A stretch of 64,000 nt of DNA from Betaproteobacteria bacterium Ga0077526 (GCA_001464765.1 LNDV01000034.1:904671-968670), one strand, 5' to 3'. Counted from the first letter of the stretch, positions 31,461-42,268 are shown. Notes: generated by a model from the letters alone, not told the origin. A program made the numbers and translations.

Positions 31461-32420
31461 ATGTCGGTCTTCACGAAGGTCTCGCCCGAGGAACTGTCGC
31501 AGTGGCTGCATGGCTACAGCGTCGGGCACCTGACCGAGCTGAAAGGCATCCTCGCCGGTATCGAGAACACCAACTACTTTGTCACGACGACCCAGGGTCG
31601 TTTCGTGCTCACGCTGTTCGAAAAGCTGCGCCCGCAGGAGCTGCACTTCTACCTGAATCTCATGGCGCACCTGTCCAATCATGGTCTGCCCTGCCCCAAG
31701 CCGATCGCGGATCTCCGCAGCGAACTCCTGGGTGAGCTCAACGGCAAGCCGGCCACGCTCGTCACGCGCCTCGCGGGTGCCCCGGTGATGCAACCCGGGG
31801 TGGAACACTGCGCCTGCGTCGGGGAGGTTCTGGCGGACCTGCACTTGGCGGGCGGCAGCTACCGCGGGCATCTCGACAACCTGCGCGGTCCTGCGTGGTG
31901 GACCTCGACGATGCCGTCCCTGTTGCCCTTCCTCGACGACGCCAACTGCCGCATGCTCACCGATGAAGTGCGGTTCCAGGAGAGTCATCGGCACGACCAG
32001 CTTCCCCGCGGGGTTGTCCATGCGGACCTGTTCCGGGACAACGTGCTGTTCGACGGCGACAACATTGGCGGCGTCATCGACTTCTACTTCGCCTGCGTGG
32101 ACATCCTTCTGTACGACGTGGCGATCACCGTCAACGACTGGTGCCTCGCCGAGGACTTCACGCTCGACCCTGCGCGCACCCGGGCGCTGCTGGAGGCCTA
32201 TCGGAGCAAGCGGGCCTTCACCGAGGCTGAGCAGGCGGCGTGGCCGCTGATGCTGCGCGCGGGGGCCCTGCGTTTCTGGGTATCGCGTCTCTACGACTTC
32301 CACCTGCCGAGACCCGGGGAACTCACGCACGCCCACGATCCCGCACATTTCGAGCGCGTGCTCCGCACGCACCGTCGCGAAGGCGCCGCCGGAGCAGACC
32401 ACTTGGCGCTTCCCGCGTGA
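31461..32420 (+). CDS. thrB: Homoserine kinase, APH-fold (Pseudomonas-type ThrB)
   Basis: MSVFTKVSPEELSQWLHGYSVG...GIENTNYFVTT...VVHADLFRDNVLF. Confidence 0.85.
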   Translation: MSVFTKVSPEELSQWLHGYSVGHLTELKGILAGIENTNYFVTTTQGRFVLTLFEKLRPQELHFYLNLMAHLSNHGLPCPKPIADLRSELLGELNGKPATLVTRLAGAPVMQPGVEHCACVGEVLADLHLAGGSYRGHLDNLRGPAWWTSTMPSLLPFLDDANCRMLTDEVRFQESHRHDQLPRGVVHADLFRDNVLFDGDNIGGVIDFYFACVDILLYDVAITVNDWCLAEDFTLDPARTRALLEAYRSKRAFTEAEQAAWPLMLRAGALRFWVSRLYDFHLPRPGELTHAHDPAHFERVLRTHRREGAAGADHLALPA

Positions 32421-33205
32421 GCCCGAACGCCGCACCGCGGCGCGTGCCGATCGGCAATGGCTGGCAGTGGATCGTCCGCGGATGGCGGCTCGTTGCGAGG
32501 AAGCCGCTTACCTGGCTGATGTTCACGCTCGTGACCTGGGCGATTGTTTCCGCGGGAGCGATCCATCCCGTGGTGTTCGCTGCCATCGCTGTCTTCCTGC
32601 CGGTGATCCTGGCGGGCTGGACCAAGGCCTGCGTGGAGGCCGAGGCCGGCCGATCGATCCCGGTCACGATGCTGTTCAGCGGTTTCCGGGGTCCGGTGCG
32701 TAACCTCGCGTCGATCGGCGGCATCAACCTGATGGTGAACATGGCGCTCATGCTGGTGCTGTTCGCGCTGGGTGGAGACCTCTTCACCACGGCGATGTCG
32801 AAGCCCGAGACGCTCACGCCCGACCAGGCCATCGAACTGCGTGACCGCATGTCGGTTGCAATGATCATCATCGTCGCCATCGGGCTACCTATGGCTCTGG
32901 CGGTATGGTTCGCGCCGGTCGCCGTGGTGCTGGACGGTCAGCGCGGGCCGGCCGCGCTGCTCACGTCGCTTCGCGCCATCGTCCGTAACGCCCTGCCGTT
33001 CGCGCTGTACACAGCGGTGCTCATCGGGCTGGCGACCGTGGCCTTCGCCTTGTTCTCTGCCCTGGGTCTGCCTCGCATCACCGCGATGGAAGTCGCGTTC
33101 TGGGCTCTGATGCCGCTGATGGTGACCAGCGTGTACGTGAGCTACCGGGACATCCATCCGGCCGAGCCGACCGAGGAATCGGCGGCTCCCGAAGAACTCC
33201 CGTAG
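32417..33205 (+). CDS. BPSS1780-like integral membrane protein
   Basis: GNGWQWIVRGWRLVARKPLTWLMFTLV N-terminus and several TM segments. GTG start overlaps the thrB stop (GTGA). The track ORF start at 32240 lies inside thrB. Confidence 0.6.
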   Translation: MSPNAAPRRVPIGNGWQWIVRGWRLVARKPLTWLMFTLVTWAIVSAGAIHPVVFAAIAVFLPVILAGWTKACVEAEAGRSIPVTMLFSGFRGPVRNLASIGGINLMVNMALMLVLFALGGDLFTTAMSKPETLTPDQAIELRDRMSVAMIIIVAIGLPMALAVWFAPVAVVLDGQRGPAALLTSLRAIVRNALPFALYTAVLIGLATVAFALFSALGLPRITAMEVAFWALMPLMVTSVYVSYRDIHPAEPTEESAAPEELP

Positions 33206-33220
33206 CAGAAGGGAGCTTCC

Positions 33221-35419
33221 CTACGCCGCGGTCAGGCGCGCGTACTCCAGCGCAAGCCACTTGAGGCCTGCGTTTCGGAAATTCACCTGTACCCGCGCAT
33301 CCGCGCCGCGACCTTCCGCATTGACGATGACGCCCGCCCCGAACTTCGGATGGATGACGTTCTGCCCGACGCGCCAGCCGGAGGCCGACTGACTCATGCT
33401 CGGCGCAGCGGGTCGCGCAGTCTGGGATGCGCCGAACGGCATGCTGCCGAAGGCTCGCGGCGGCGGCGTGTTGACCCGCTCCAGCAGTTCAGGGGGAACC
33501 TCGTGCAGAAAACGTGACGCGATGTTGTAGCGGACCTGTCCGTGCAGCATCCGCGACTGCGCGAAGGTGAGGTAGAGCCGCCGCCGGGCGCGAGTCAGCG
33601 CCACGTACATGAGACGGCGTTCCTCTTCGAGGCCGTCGTCGGCGTTCAGACTGTTCTCGTGCGGGAACAGACCCTCCTCCAGACCGCTGATGAAGACCGA
33701 GTGGAACTCCAGACCCTTGGCCGAATGCACCGTCATGAGCTGCAGGGCATCCTCGCCGGCGCCGGCCTGGTAGTCCCCGGCTTCCAGCGCCGCGTGCGCC
33801 AGGAAGGCGTTGAGCGCCGCCATCGGGTCCGACAGATCCACTACGCCGCCGTCGGGCGCGGCCGGGTCGTACAACTGCTCCGCATTGAAGCCGGCCGCGG
33901 CGTTCACCAGTTCCCCGAGGTTCTCGTTACGTTCGGCGCCGTCGCGCTCGGTCTGGTAGTGATCCTTCAGGCCGCTGGCATCGACCACTGCTTCCACCGT
34001 TTCGGCCAGAGACATGCCCTGGACCGAATTGCGCAGGCCCTCGATGAGATGCACGAACGCCCCGATGGACGCGCCCGCCTTGCCGGACGGCGGGTCTGAG
34101 CAGGCGGACAGCCACAGACTGGTGCCGCGGATTCGCGCGGCCTCCTGGAGCTGTTCGAGGGATCGGGCGCCGATGCCTCGAGTCGGAAAGTTGATGACGC
34201 GCAGGAGCGCGCCATCGTCTTCCGGGTTCGCGACCAGCCGCAGATATGCCAGGGCGTGCTTGATCTCCTGACGTTCGAAGAAGCGCAGGCCACCGTACAC
34301 GCGATAGGCGAGCCCCGCATTGAACAACGCGTGTTCGAGCACGCGCGACTGCGCATTGGAGCGATAGAGCAGCGCGATCTCGTGAGACGCGATGCCGTCA
34401 GCACGCAGCGCGCGGATCTCGTCGACGATGTACGCGGCTTCGGCGATGTCGGACGGCGCCTCGAACACGCGCAGCCGCTCGCCTCTCCCCTCGGCCGTCC
34501 AGAGGTTCTTGCCCAGCCGGGCCTGGTTCCGGGCGATGAGAGCATTGGCGGCGTCGAGGATGTTCCCGTGGGACCGGTAGTTCTGCTCGAGCTTGATCAC
34601 GTGGCTCGCGCCGAAATCCCGCTCGAAGTCCCGCATGTTGCCGGGCTCCGCGCCACGGAAGCGATAGACGGACTGGTCGTCGTCACCCACGGCGAACGCG
34701 CAGTTCGCGCTGCCTGCAAGCAGGCGCAGCCACGCGTACTGCAGTTTGTTCGTATCTTGGAACTCGTCCACGAGAATGTGGCGGAACCGCATGCGGTAGT
34801 GCTCGCGCAGGATCTCGTTGCGGCTCAGCAGCTCGAAACAGCGCAGCAGGAGTTCCGCAAAATCGACGACGCCCTCGCGCTGGCACTGGGCGTCGTAGGC
34901 TTCGTACACCGCCAGCATGCGTCTCTCGAACTCGTCTGCCGGATCTACGGCTGAAGGGCGCAGCCCGCCGTCCTTCGCCGAATTGATGAACCACTGGGCC
35001 TGGCGCGGCGGGTACTTCTCGTCGTCGATGCCGAGCGACTTCATCACGCGCTTCACGACGGCGAGCTGGTCCTGCGTGTCGAGAATCTGGAAGCTCTGCG
35101 GGAGCGCCGCCTCGCGGTGATGGGCGCGCAGCAGACGATTGCACAGGCCGTGGAAGGTGCCGATCCACAGACCGCGTGTGTCGATGGGAAGCATCGCCGA
35201 GAGCCGGGTGAGCATCTCGCGGGCAGCCTTGTTCGTGAAGGTCACCGCGAGCAGGCCGCGCGGGCTGACGCGACCCGACTGGACGAGCCAGGCGATGCGG
35301 GTGGTGAGCACCCGGGTCTTGCCGCTGCCTGCACCGGCGAGAATGAGGGCCGAGACGTCGGGGAGCGTCACCGCCTCGCGCTGCTCCGGGTTGAGATCGT
35401 CGAGAAGGGAGGGATTCAT
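33221..35419 (-). CDS. uvrD: DNA helicase II (UvrD family)
   Basis: MNPSLLDDLNPEQREAVTLP...ILAGAGSGKTRVLT, HILVDEFQDTN and MTVHSAKGLEF motifs; 732 aa from ATG 35419. Confidence 0.9.
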   Translation of the reverse strand: MNPSLLDDLNPEQREAVTLPDVSALILAGAGSGKTRVLTTRIAWLVQSGRVSPRGLLAVTFTNKAAREMLTRLSAMLPIDTRGLWIGTFHGLCNRLLRAHHREAALPQSFQILDTQDQLAVVKRVMKSLGIDDEKYPPRQAQWFINSAKDGGLRPSAVDPADEFERRMLAVYEAYDAQCQREGVVDFAELLLRCFELLSRNEILREHYRMRFRHILVDEFQDTNKLQYAWLRLLAGSANCAFAVGDDDQSVYRFRGAEPGNMRDFERDFGASHVIKLEQNYRSHGNILDAANALIARNQARLGKNLWTAEGRGERLRVFEAPSDIAEAAYIVDEIRALRADGIASHEIALLYRSNAQSRVLEHALFNAGLAYRVYGGLRFFERQEIKHALAYLRLVANPEDDGALLRVINFPTRGIGARSLEQLQEAARIRGTSLWLSACSDPPSGKAGASIGAFVHLIEGLRNSVQGMSLAETVEAVVDASGLKDHYQTERDGAERNENLGELVNAAAGFNAEQLYDPAAPDGGVVDLSDPMAALNAFLAHAALEAGDYQAGAGEDALQLMTVHSAKGLEFHSVFISGLEEGLFPHENSLNADDGLEEERRLMYVALTRARRRLYLTFAQSRMLHGQVRYNIASRFLHEVPPELLERVNTPPPRAFGSMPFGASQTARPAAPSMSQSASGWRVGQNVIHPKFGAGVIVNAEGRGADARVQVNFRNAGLKWLALEYARLTAA

Positions 35420-35572
35420 GCCCGGATTATCGTGGAAACCGGATGCGCTTTGGTCGGTCGATGCGGCTGCTGACCTTGCCACCCCGGACGTTGTGATAGT
35501 GTCCCGCCCAGTCTCGCCCGGCTCTTCGGGCCCGGTCCTCACCAACCACGTTTCACTGCTCGAGGCAGTTCC

Positions 35573-35938
35573 ATGGCTCCAGTTGCGCTCCGACGTTCCA
35601 CCCTGTCCGGCATTGCGGCCGCCCTGGCGGCGTGGCTGTTTTCCGCCCAGGCCCATGCCATCACCGCCGAAGTCGTGTGGCTGGACGCCAAGTGCGACTA
35701 TGTACTGGTCAAGAACGAGGACGGACACGCCATTCTCTTTCGCGCCAGCCCCTTCGAGCTGAAGCTGGGCGACAAGGTCGAGGGGCCCATGGATCAGGTC
35801 GGCTACTTCCGCAAGATCGCCAAGGTGGGCACACCAGAGACGGCCATGATGCGCAGCGAGAAGTACGGCGTGCGCCGTCAGCTTGCCGTGAACCTAATGA
35901 TGGACTGGTCTCGCTACTGCGAGCCCCCCGCCAACTGA
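35573..35938 (+). CDS. Hypothetical secreted protein
   Basis: Signal peptide ...AAWLFSAQAHA, balanced composition, two Cys. No family recognised. Confidence 0.5.
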   Translation: MAPVALRRSTLSGIAAALAAWLFSAQAHAITAEVVWLDAKCDYVLVKNEDGHAILFRASPFELKLGDKVEGPMDQVGYFRKIAKVGTPETAMMRSEKYGVRRQLAVNLMMDWSRYCEPPAN

Positions 35939-36858
35939 GCCGCGGCCGCAGTGATGGCCGGGCCCAGGTGTCGCCGGGCCTCGTTCTGGAGGTAGTCGAA
36001 GAAGGCCTGGGCCACCACGGACAGCTGTTTGTTGCCCGGGTACACCACATACCACGACCGCTCGATCGGAAACCCCTCTACGGGAAGCACGGTCACTTCG
36101 CCGCCCATGGGCTCCATCAGCAGGGCGTGATGCGGCATAACGCTCACCCCCAGACCGCCGGCAACGGCCTGCTTGATGGCCTCATTGGAGCCGATCTCCA
36201 TTTTCGCCGTGATTTCGATGCCGTGGTCCCTGAAGAACTTCTCCGTGACCATGCGCGTGCCCGAACCCCGCTCCCGCAGGAGCATGCGTTCTCTGGCGAA
36301 GGCAGCCAGCGGGATGTGCTTCTCTCGGCAGAGCGGGTGGTGCGAGGGCGCTACGGCGACTAGGGCATTGTCCAGAAACGGATGCATGGCGATGTCGAAC
36401 TGTTGCGGCGGGTTTCCCAGGATGTACAGATCGTCGTCGTTGCGGGCCAGCCGGTCGATGATGACCTCGCGATTGCCGATCTCCAAGCGCACGTCGATGC
36501 CCGGGAATCGTTCGCAGAATGGGCCGAGCAGCCGAGGCAGGAAGTACTTGGCAGTGGTGGCGCACGCGATCCTCAGGCGCCCCTTCTTCATCCCCTTGAG
36601 GTCCGCGGCGGTCATCTCGAACCGCGCCCACGCTTCGAATACCTCGCGGCAGGTTCGCTGCAGTTCCTCGCCGATCTCGGTGAGGTAGATCTTCTTCCCG
36701 ACCTGCTCGAACAGCGGCTGCTCCACGGCCTCGGCAAGCTGCTTGACTTGCATGGACACCGTGGGCTGGGATAGAAACAGCTCCTCGGCGGCGCGGGTAA
36801 AGCTGCCTAGGCGGGCCACCGTCTCGAAAACTCGGAGCTGGCGCAGCGTCACATGCAT
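35914..36858 (-). CDS. LysR-family regulator, CbbR-like subfamily
   Basis: MHVTLRQLRVFETVARLGSFTRAAEELFLSQPTVSMQVKQLAEAVEQPLFEQVGKKIYLTEIG resembles CbbR/RbcR-type N-termini as I recall them. Alternative start at 36885. Confidence 0.8.
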   Translation of the reverse strand: MHVTLRQLRVFETVARLGSFTRAAEELFLSQPTVSMQVKQLAEAVEQPLFEQVGKKIYLTEIGEELQRTCREVFEAWARFEMTAADLKGMKKGRLRIACATTAKYFLPRLLGPFCERFPGIDVRLEIGNREVIIDRLARNDDDLYILGNPPQQFDIAMHPFLDNALVAVAPSHHPLCREKHIPLAAFARERMLLRERGSGTRMVTEKFFRDHGIEITAKMEIGSNEAIKQAVAGGLGVSVMPHHALLMEPMGGEVTVLPVEGFPIERSWYVVYPGNKQLSVVAQAFFDYLQNEARRHLGPAITAAAAQLAGGSQ

Positions 36859-36897
36859 ACCGGGGCGTGGGAAAGGCCGACTCATCCATAGACTCTA

Positions 36898-36935
36898 ATC
36901 AATGAATATCATCCAAATATATCATTTTCATTGAT
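36898..36935. promoter_or_regulatory. AT-rich island with a 9-bp inverted repeat ATCAATGAA-N20-TTCATTGAT; probable LysR operator and divergent promoter region
   Basis: Roughly 30% GC over 36886-36960 against a ~65% background. Perfect inverted repeat at 36898-36906 and 36927-36935. Repeated TATCAT motifs. Confidence 0.4.
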
Positions 36936-37026
36936 GGATCAGATCACCTACAGTTCGACCGTCGCCTGTTCGGCCTGCCGCCGGATGGGGGACGTGTAGC
37001 GTTTCTCCCTGGCAAACGCGATTTTT

Positions 37027-37060
37027 AGGGCGACCTTTCCGGTCGCCCTCTCTTTTTCTG
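37027..37060 (+). terminator. Intrinsic terminator-like hairpin in the 5' region of the DUF4197 gene
   Basis: agggcgacc-tttcc-ggtcgccct followed by ctctttttctg. On the minus strand no U-tract follows the hairpin. Confidence 0.55.
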
Positions 37061-37179
37061 GCGTTCCCTACGCCGATTTTCGCCTCTATCCGGTTGCCTG
37101 CCCCTCTGACGTGGCGTAGGTTTGGCCCCCATAGGGCGGTGCTCCCGCCGGACTTCTGCCTTCCCCTTCAGGACATTCA

Positions 37180-37890
37180 ATGCACTACTCTGCCCGTCGT
37201 CGCTGGCTCGGCCTCGTCCTTTGCACCAGTCTCATCGCCGGCAGTCCGGGGGCTCTCGCCCTCAGCCTGGAAGAGCTTCGCGACAACGAGGTCGCGACGG
37301 CCCTGCGGCAGGCGCTCGAGATCGGCGCCGGCAACGCAATCGCCCGCCTCGGGCAGGAGAACGGCTTTCTGGGGAACGAACGGGTACGAATTCCCCTCCC
37401 GGACGGGCTCGCCAAGGTCGCGCGGGGCATGAAGGCCGTTGGCATGGGCAAGCAGTCCGACGAACTCATGACCACGATGAACCGCGCGGCCGAGCAGGCC
37501 GTGCCGGATGCGAAGAATCTCCTGCTGAACACGGTGAGACTGCTCACCATCCAGGACGCCAAGACCATCCTCACCGGCCCCGAAGACGCGGCGACGCAGT
37601 TCTTCCGCGCCAAGACCGAGGAGGAACTCACTCGCCGCTTCCTGCCGATCGTCGCGAGAACGACGAAGCGCCTGAAGCTCGCCGATCTGTACAACCGGTT
37701 TGCGAGCCGGGGCGTCGCCTTCGGACTGGTCCGCGAGGAAGACGCCAATCTCGACGGGTATGTCGCCCGCAAGGCGCTCGACGGGCTCTATCTGTCGATC
37801 GCCGATGAAGAGAAGGCCATCCGCGCGAATCCTCTCGAATCGAGCAAACGCCTCGTGAAGAAGGTGTTCGGCGTGCTGGAGCCGCAGTAA
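37180..37890 (+). CDS. DUF4197 domain protein (periplasmic)
   Basis: Signal peptide ...LIAGSPGALA, then EVATALRQALEIGAGNAIARLGQENGFLGNERVRIPLP and DGYVARKALDGLY, typical of DUF4197. Confidence 0.75.
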   Translation: MHYSARRRWLGLVLCTSLIAGSPGALALSLEELRDNEVATALRQALEIGAGNAIARLGQENGFLGNERVRIPLPDGLAKVARGMKAVGMGKQSDELMTTMNRAAEQAVPDAKNLLLNTVRLLTIQDAKTILTGPEDAATQFFRAKTEEELTRRFLPIVARTTKRLKLADLYNRFASRGVAFGLVREEDANLDGYVARKALDGLYLSIADEEKAIRANPLESSKRLVKKVFGVLEPQ

Positions 37891-37908
37891 CGCCGAGCCG
37901 GTATTCCC

Positions 37909-38301
37909 ATGGAGCTCTCCTCGGGACTGCTGGGATTGTTCGTTTCGGCCTTCAGTTCGGCGACCATCCTGCCGGGGAACTCCGAGATTGTGTTCGCCGC
38001 CGTGGCCGCCGAGTGGCCCGCGTCGATTCCCGCTGCGCTGACCGTGGCTACCGTCGGAAACACGCTGGGCGGCCTCACCACCTATCTGCTCGGCCGGTTC
38101 CTTCCCCGGAAGGACTTTTCCCCTCGTCTGCGCTGGGTCGAGCGATGGGGGGCCGCGACCTTGCTGTTGAGCTGGGTACCCGTCATCGGCGACGGCCTGT
38201 GTGCTGCCGCGGGCTGGCTCAGAGTCAACGTGCTGGCCGCGCTCGTCTGCATGGCGATCGGCAAGGGTGCGCGATACGCCGCGATCGCCGCGCTGTTCTG
38301 A
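37909..38301 (+). CDS. YqaA/DedA-related small membrane protein
   Basis: FVSAFSSATILPGNSEIVFAAV...VGNTLGGLTTYLLGR...WVPVIGDGLCAAAGW. Confidence 0.7.
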   Translation: MELSSGLLGLFVSAFSSATILPGNSEIVFAAVAAEWPASIPAALTVATVGNTLGGLTTYLLGRFLPRKDFSPRLRWVERWGAATLLLSWVPVIGDGLCAAAGWLRVNVLAALVCMAIGKGARYAAIAALF

Positions 38302-38413
38302 CCGGTACGACAACGTCTACGAATACGCAGCCTGGACAACAGCCTGGTGTGCCCGCGACGCCGCCCTGGACTTTGCCTAGAATGGCGGTCCTTCCCGGAG
38401 CACCTGCAACCCA

Positions 38414-41400
38414 GTGAATCTGCTTGATCTCGTCCCCGAGACCGCGTCGCGTCTCCGGGAGATTCCGTACAACTACACGTCGTTCTCCGATCGCGAGATC
38501 GTCATCCGTCTGTTGGGCTCGCGAGCCTGGACGCTTCTCGGCGCGCTGCGCGACGAGCGCCGCACCGGCCGCTCGGCACGCATGCTGTACGAGGTGCTCG
38601 GCGATATCTGGGTGATCCGACGCAATCCTTACCTCGAGGACGATCTGCTCGCCAATGCCGACCGTCGCAGTGCGCTAGTCGGCGCGTTGCACCACCGTCT
38701 GAGCGAGATCGAAAAGCGCCGCAACAGCGATGACGCCCGGGTGAGCGAACTCCTGACGCTGGCCCACGACGCCGTGGCGGAGTTCGAGCGCGGGTTCGAA
38801 GTCGTTGCCAGCCTGCGTCGCAAGGTATCCCGCCGGATGGCGCGGATCACCCGGAAGGACAACGTGGCCTTCGACGGGCTTGCGCGTGTGTCCCACGTCA
38901 CCGATGCGACGGACTGGCGCGTCGAGTATCCGTTCGTCGTGCTCTACCCGGACACGGAAGACGAATGCGCGGAGATGGTCCGCGCCCTGATCGAGCTCGA
39001 ACTCACGATCATCCCGCGAGGAGGCGGCACTGGCTACACCGGCGGCGCCGTTCCGCTCACGTGGCGATCGGCAGTGATCAACACCGAGAAGCTCGACGCG
39101 CTCTCTCCCGTCGAGACGGCTGGTATTCCTGGCGTCGACGTCCCGGTAGCTACCGTGAAGTGCGGTGCAGGCGTCGTCACCCGCCGGGTGATGGAAGCCG
39201 CGGAGGCCCAGGGCCTCGTCTTCGCGGTGGACCCGACCTCCGCGGACGCTTCCTGCATCGGCGGGAACGTCGCGATGAACGCCGGCGGCAAGAAGGCTGT
39301 GCTGTGGGGCACTGCGCTCGACAATCTGTTGTCCTGGCGCATGGTCGACCCGGAGGGCCGCTTCCTCGATATCACCAGACTGGACCACAACCTCGGCAAG
39401 ATTCACGACGCGCCGATCGCCCGGTTCGCGATCCAGCGCTACCGCCCGGACGGCTGCACCCCCGACGGTCCGGCAGCAACGCTCGAGGTTCCCGGTTCGC
39501 GTTTCCGCAAGGCCGGTCTCGGCAAGGACGTGACGGACAAGTTCCTCGCCGGTCTGCCGGGCATCCAGAAGGAAGGCTGCGACGGCATCATCACATCGGC
39601 CACATTCGTGCTGCACCGGATGCCGAAGCACGTACGCACCGTATGCCTCGAGTTCTTCGGGCAGGTCCGCGACGCCGTGCCGTCGATCGTCGAGATCAAG
39701 CGCCACATGGACGCCCGCCCGGGCGGCGCGATTCTCGCCGGCCTGGAACACCTGGACGAGCGGTACGTGAAGGCCGTGGGCTATGCGACCAAGGCCAAGC
39801 GAGGTGTGAGGCCGAAGATGGTGCTCCTCGCCGATATCGCGGCAGACGACGAAGATGCCGCCGGTGCCGCCGCCTCGCAGGTGGTCCGCATCGCCAACGC
39901 GCGCGGCGCCGAAGGCTTTATCGCCGTGTCGGCGGACACCCGCAAGAAGTTCTGGCTCGACCGGGCGCGGACGGCAGCCATCGCGAAGCACACCAACGCG
40001 TTCAAGATCAACGAAGACGTCGTGATTCCGCTCGAGCGTCTGGGGGAGTACTCCGATGGCATCGAGCGTATCAACATCGAACTGTCGATCCGCAACAAGC
40101 TCCAGCTGCTGGATGCGCTCGAAACCGCGTTCCTCGGTCCGCTCCAGCTGAATCAAGGCGAGGAGTCACTGTCCGCTGCCGAAGTGCTCGACACCCGCAT
40201 CGACAACGCGCTGGCGCTTTGCCGCGAGTGTCGTGACCGCTGGACCTGGCTGCTGGAGCATCTCGACGATTCGGTGTCCGCCCTCGACACGAGCCCGCTG
40301 CCGCCCGTTTCCGGGCTCGAGCGCGATGGCACCGTGTTCCGCTGCCTTCAGGACTATTCGTTACGGGTGTCCTGGAAGCAGGAGGTCCGCGCGCCGCTCA
40401 TGCAGATCTTCGATGGGCGCACGTTCGACGCTGTGCGAGCCGAGATCGATGCCGTCCACAAGCGCGTACTCAAGAGTCGGGTGTTCGTGGCCCTGCACAT
40501 GCACGCAGGCGACGGCAACGTCCACACGAACATCCCCGTCAACTCCGACGACTACGCGATGCTGCAGCAGGCGAACGGTGCGGTGGCCCGCATCATGGCG
40601 CTGGCCAAGTCCCTCGGCGGCGTGATCTCCGGCGAGCATGGCATCGGCATCACGAAGCTCGACTTTCTCGAGCCGGGCGAGGTCTCGGCGTTCCAGGCCT
40701 ACAAGGCCGAGGTCGACCCCAAGGGGCGCTTCAACGCGGGCAAGCTGCTGCCAGGCGCCAATCTAGACAACGCCTACACGCCGTCCTTCGGACTGCTGGA
40801 ACAGGAGAGCCTGATCCTCGAGCAGAGTGCCATCGGCGAGATTTCGGACTCCATCAAGGACTGCCTCCGCTGCGGAAAGTGCAAGCCGGTATGCGCGACC
40901 CACGTGCCGCGTGCGAATCTGCTGTATTCGCCGCGCAACAAGATCCTCGCGACCTCTCTGCTCATCGAGGCTTTCCTCTATGAAGAGCAGACCCGCCGCG
41001 GGGTGTCGCTCGCGCACTTCGACGAATTCAGCGATGTCGCCGATCACTGCACCGTCTGCCACAAGTGCGTCAATCCCTGCCCGGTGGACATCGATTTCGG
41101 TAACGTGTCGATGGCCATGCGCGGCTTCCTCCGATCGCAGGGCAAGAAGAAGTTCAATCCCGGCACGGCCGCGTCGATGCTGTTCCTCAACGCGACTGAT
41201 CCCGCGACCATCAAGCTGGCCCGCAAGGTGATGATCGACTGGGGCTACAAGGCCCAGCGCTTTGCCTATGGCTGGGCCAGGCGGCTGGGTCTGGCCCAAC
41301 GGCAGACCCGGCAGCCGCCAGCCACGCTCGGCAAGGCGCCGATCAAGGCGCAGGTGATTCACTTCATCAACAAGCCGATGCCGAAGTCGGTTCCGCGCCG

Positions 41401-42268
41401 GACTGCTCGCGCGATGCTCGACATCGAGGACAAGTCCATGGTGCCGGTGATCCGCGATCCACAGCGCGCGGGGGACGACGCCGAGGCCGTTTTCTATTTC
41501 CCCGGCTGCGGGTCCGAGCGGCTATTCAGTCAGGTGGGTCTCGCGACCCAGGCCATGCTGTACCACGTGGGCGCCGTCACCGTGCTGCCACCCGGCTACC
41601 TGTGCTGCGGCTATCCGCAGCGTGCAGCCGGTGAACTCGACAAGGGCCAGGCTATTTCCACGGAGAACCGGGTGCTGTTCCACCGCATCGCGAACACACT
41701 CAACTATCTCGACATCAAGACGGTGATCGTGTCCTGCGGCACGTGCATGGATCAGCTCGCGGGCTATGAATTCGATCGTATCTTTCCGGGCTGCCGGCTG
41801 CTCGATATCCACGAGTACCTGATGGAGAAGGGCGTGAAGCTGGAGGGCGTCGACGGCGTGCGCTACATGTACCACGATCCCTGTCACACGCCGATGAAGA
41901 CTCATCAGCCTCTCAAGGTCGTGAACCAGCTCATGGGCACGGAGGTCAAGGCGAACGAGCGCTGCTGCGGCGAGTCCGGGACGCTCGCGATGACCCGTCC
42001 GGACATCTCCACGCAGGTCCGATTCCGCAAGGAGGAAGAAATGCGGAAGGGGGCCGACGCCCTGCGCGCCGATGGCTTTTCGGGGCAGGTGAAGATCCTC
42101 ACTTCCTGCCCGTCTTGTCTGCAGGGGCTGTCGCGCTACAACGACGACTCCGGCACCGATGCCGACTACATCGTGATCGAGATCGCGAAGCACGTCCTCG
42201 GCGAGAACTGGCTGCAGCAGTACGTGGACAGCGCCAATCGGGGCGGCATCGAGAGGGTGCTCCTGTGA
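38414..42268 (+). CDS. DUF3683 + FAD-binding (GlcD-like) + 4Fe-4S/CCG (GlcF-like) fusion oxidoreductase
   Basis: N-terminal [22 protein letters not shown]-binding motif [16 protein letters not shown]. Ferredoxin motifs [14 protein letters not shown] and [15 protein letters not shown]. Two CCG motifs ([15 protein letters not shown]). 1284 aa, GTG start. Confidence 0.85.
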   Translation: MNLLDLVPETASRLREIPYNYTSFSDREIVIRLLGSRAWTLLGALRDERRTGRSARMLYEVLGDIWVIRRNPYLEDDLLANADRRSALVGALHHRLSEIEKRRNSDDARVSELLTLAHDAVAEFERGFEVVASLRRKVSRRMARITRKDNVAFDGLARVSHVTDATDWRVEYPFVVLYPDTEDECAEMVRALIELELTIIPRGGGTGYTGGAVPLTWRSAVINTEKLDALSPVETAGIPGVDVPVATVKCGAGVVTRRVMEAAEAQGLVFAVDPTSADASCIGGNVAMNAGGKKAVLWGTALDNLLSWRMVDPEGRFLDITRLDHNLGKIHDAPIARFAIQRYRPDGCTPDGPAATLEVPGSRFRKAGLGKDVTDKFLAGLPGIQKEGCDGIITSATFVLHRMPKHVRTVCLEFFGQVRDAVPSIVEIKRHMDARPGGAILAGLEHLDERYVKAVGYATKAKRGVRPKMVLLADIAADDEDAAGAAASQVVRIANARGAEGFIAVSADTRKKFWLDRARTAAIAKHTNAFKINEDVVIPLERLGEYSDGIERINIELSIRNKLQLLDALETAFLGPLQLNQGEESLSAAEVLDTRIDNALALCRECRDRWTWLLEHLDDSVSALDTSPLPPVSGLERDGTVFRCLQDYSLRVSWKQEVRAPLMQIFDGRTFDAVRAEIDAVHKRVLKSRVFVALHMHAGDGNVHTNIPVNSDDYAMLQQANGAVARIMALAKSLGGVISGEHGIGITKLDFLEPGEVSAFQAYKAEVDPKGRFNAGKLLPGANLDNAYTPSFGLLEQESLILEQSAIGEISDSIKDCLRCGKCKPVCATHVPRANLLYSPRNKILATSLLIEAFLYEEQTRRGVSLAHFDEFSDVADHCTVCHKCVNPCPVDIDFGNVSMAMRGFLRSQGKKKFNPGTAASMLFLNATDPATIKLARKVMIDWGYKAQRFAYGWARRLGLAQRQTRQPPATLGKAPIKAQVIHFINKPMPKSVPRRTARAMLDIEDKSMVPVIRDPQRAGDDAEAVFYFPGCGSERLFSQVGLATQAMLYHVGAVTVLPPGYLCCGYPQRAAGELDKGQAISTENRVLFHRIANTLNYLDIKTVIVSCGTCMDQLAGYEFDRIFPGCRLLDIHEYLMEKGVKLEGVDGVRYMYHDPCHTPMKTHQPLKVVNQLMGTEVKANERCCGESGTLAMTRPDISTQVRFRKEEEMRKGADALRADGFSGQVKILTSCPSCLQGLSRYNDDSGTDADYIVIEIAKHVLGENWLQQYVDSANRGGIERVLL

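Noticed and set aside
35420-35572. Possible LexA/SOS box upstream of uvrD
   Set aside because: No CTGT-N8-ACAG motif or similar palindrome is present in the spacer.
36859-36885. Upstream ATG 36885 as the start of the LysR regulator
   Set aside because: It would add MSRPFPRPG ahead of the family-typical MHVTLRQL N-terminus, and it abuts the AT-rich promoter island. It is kept only as an alternative.
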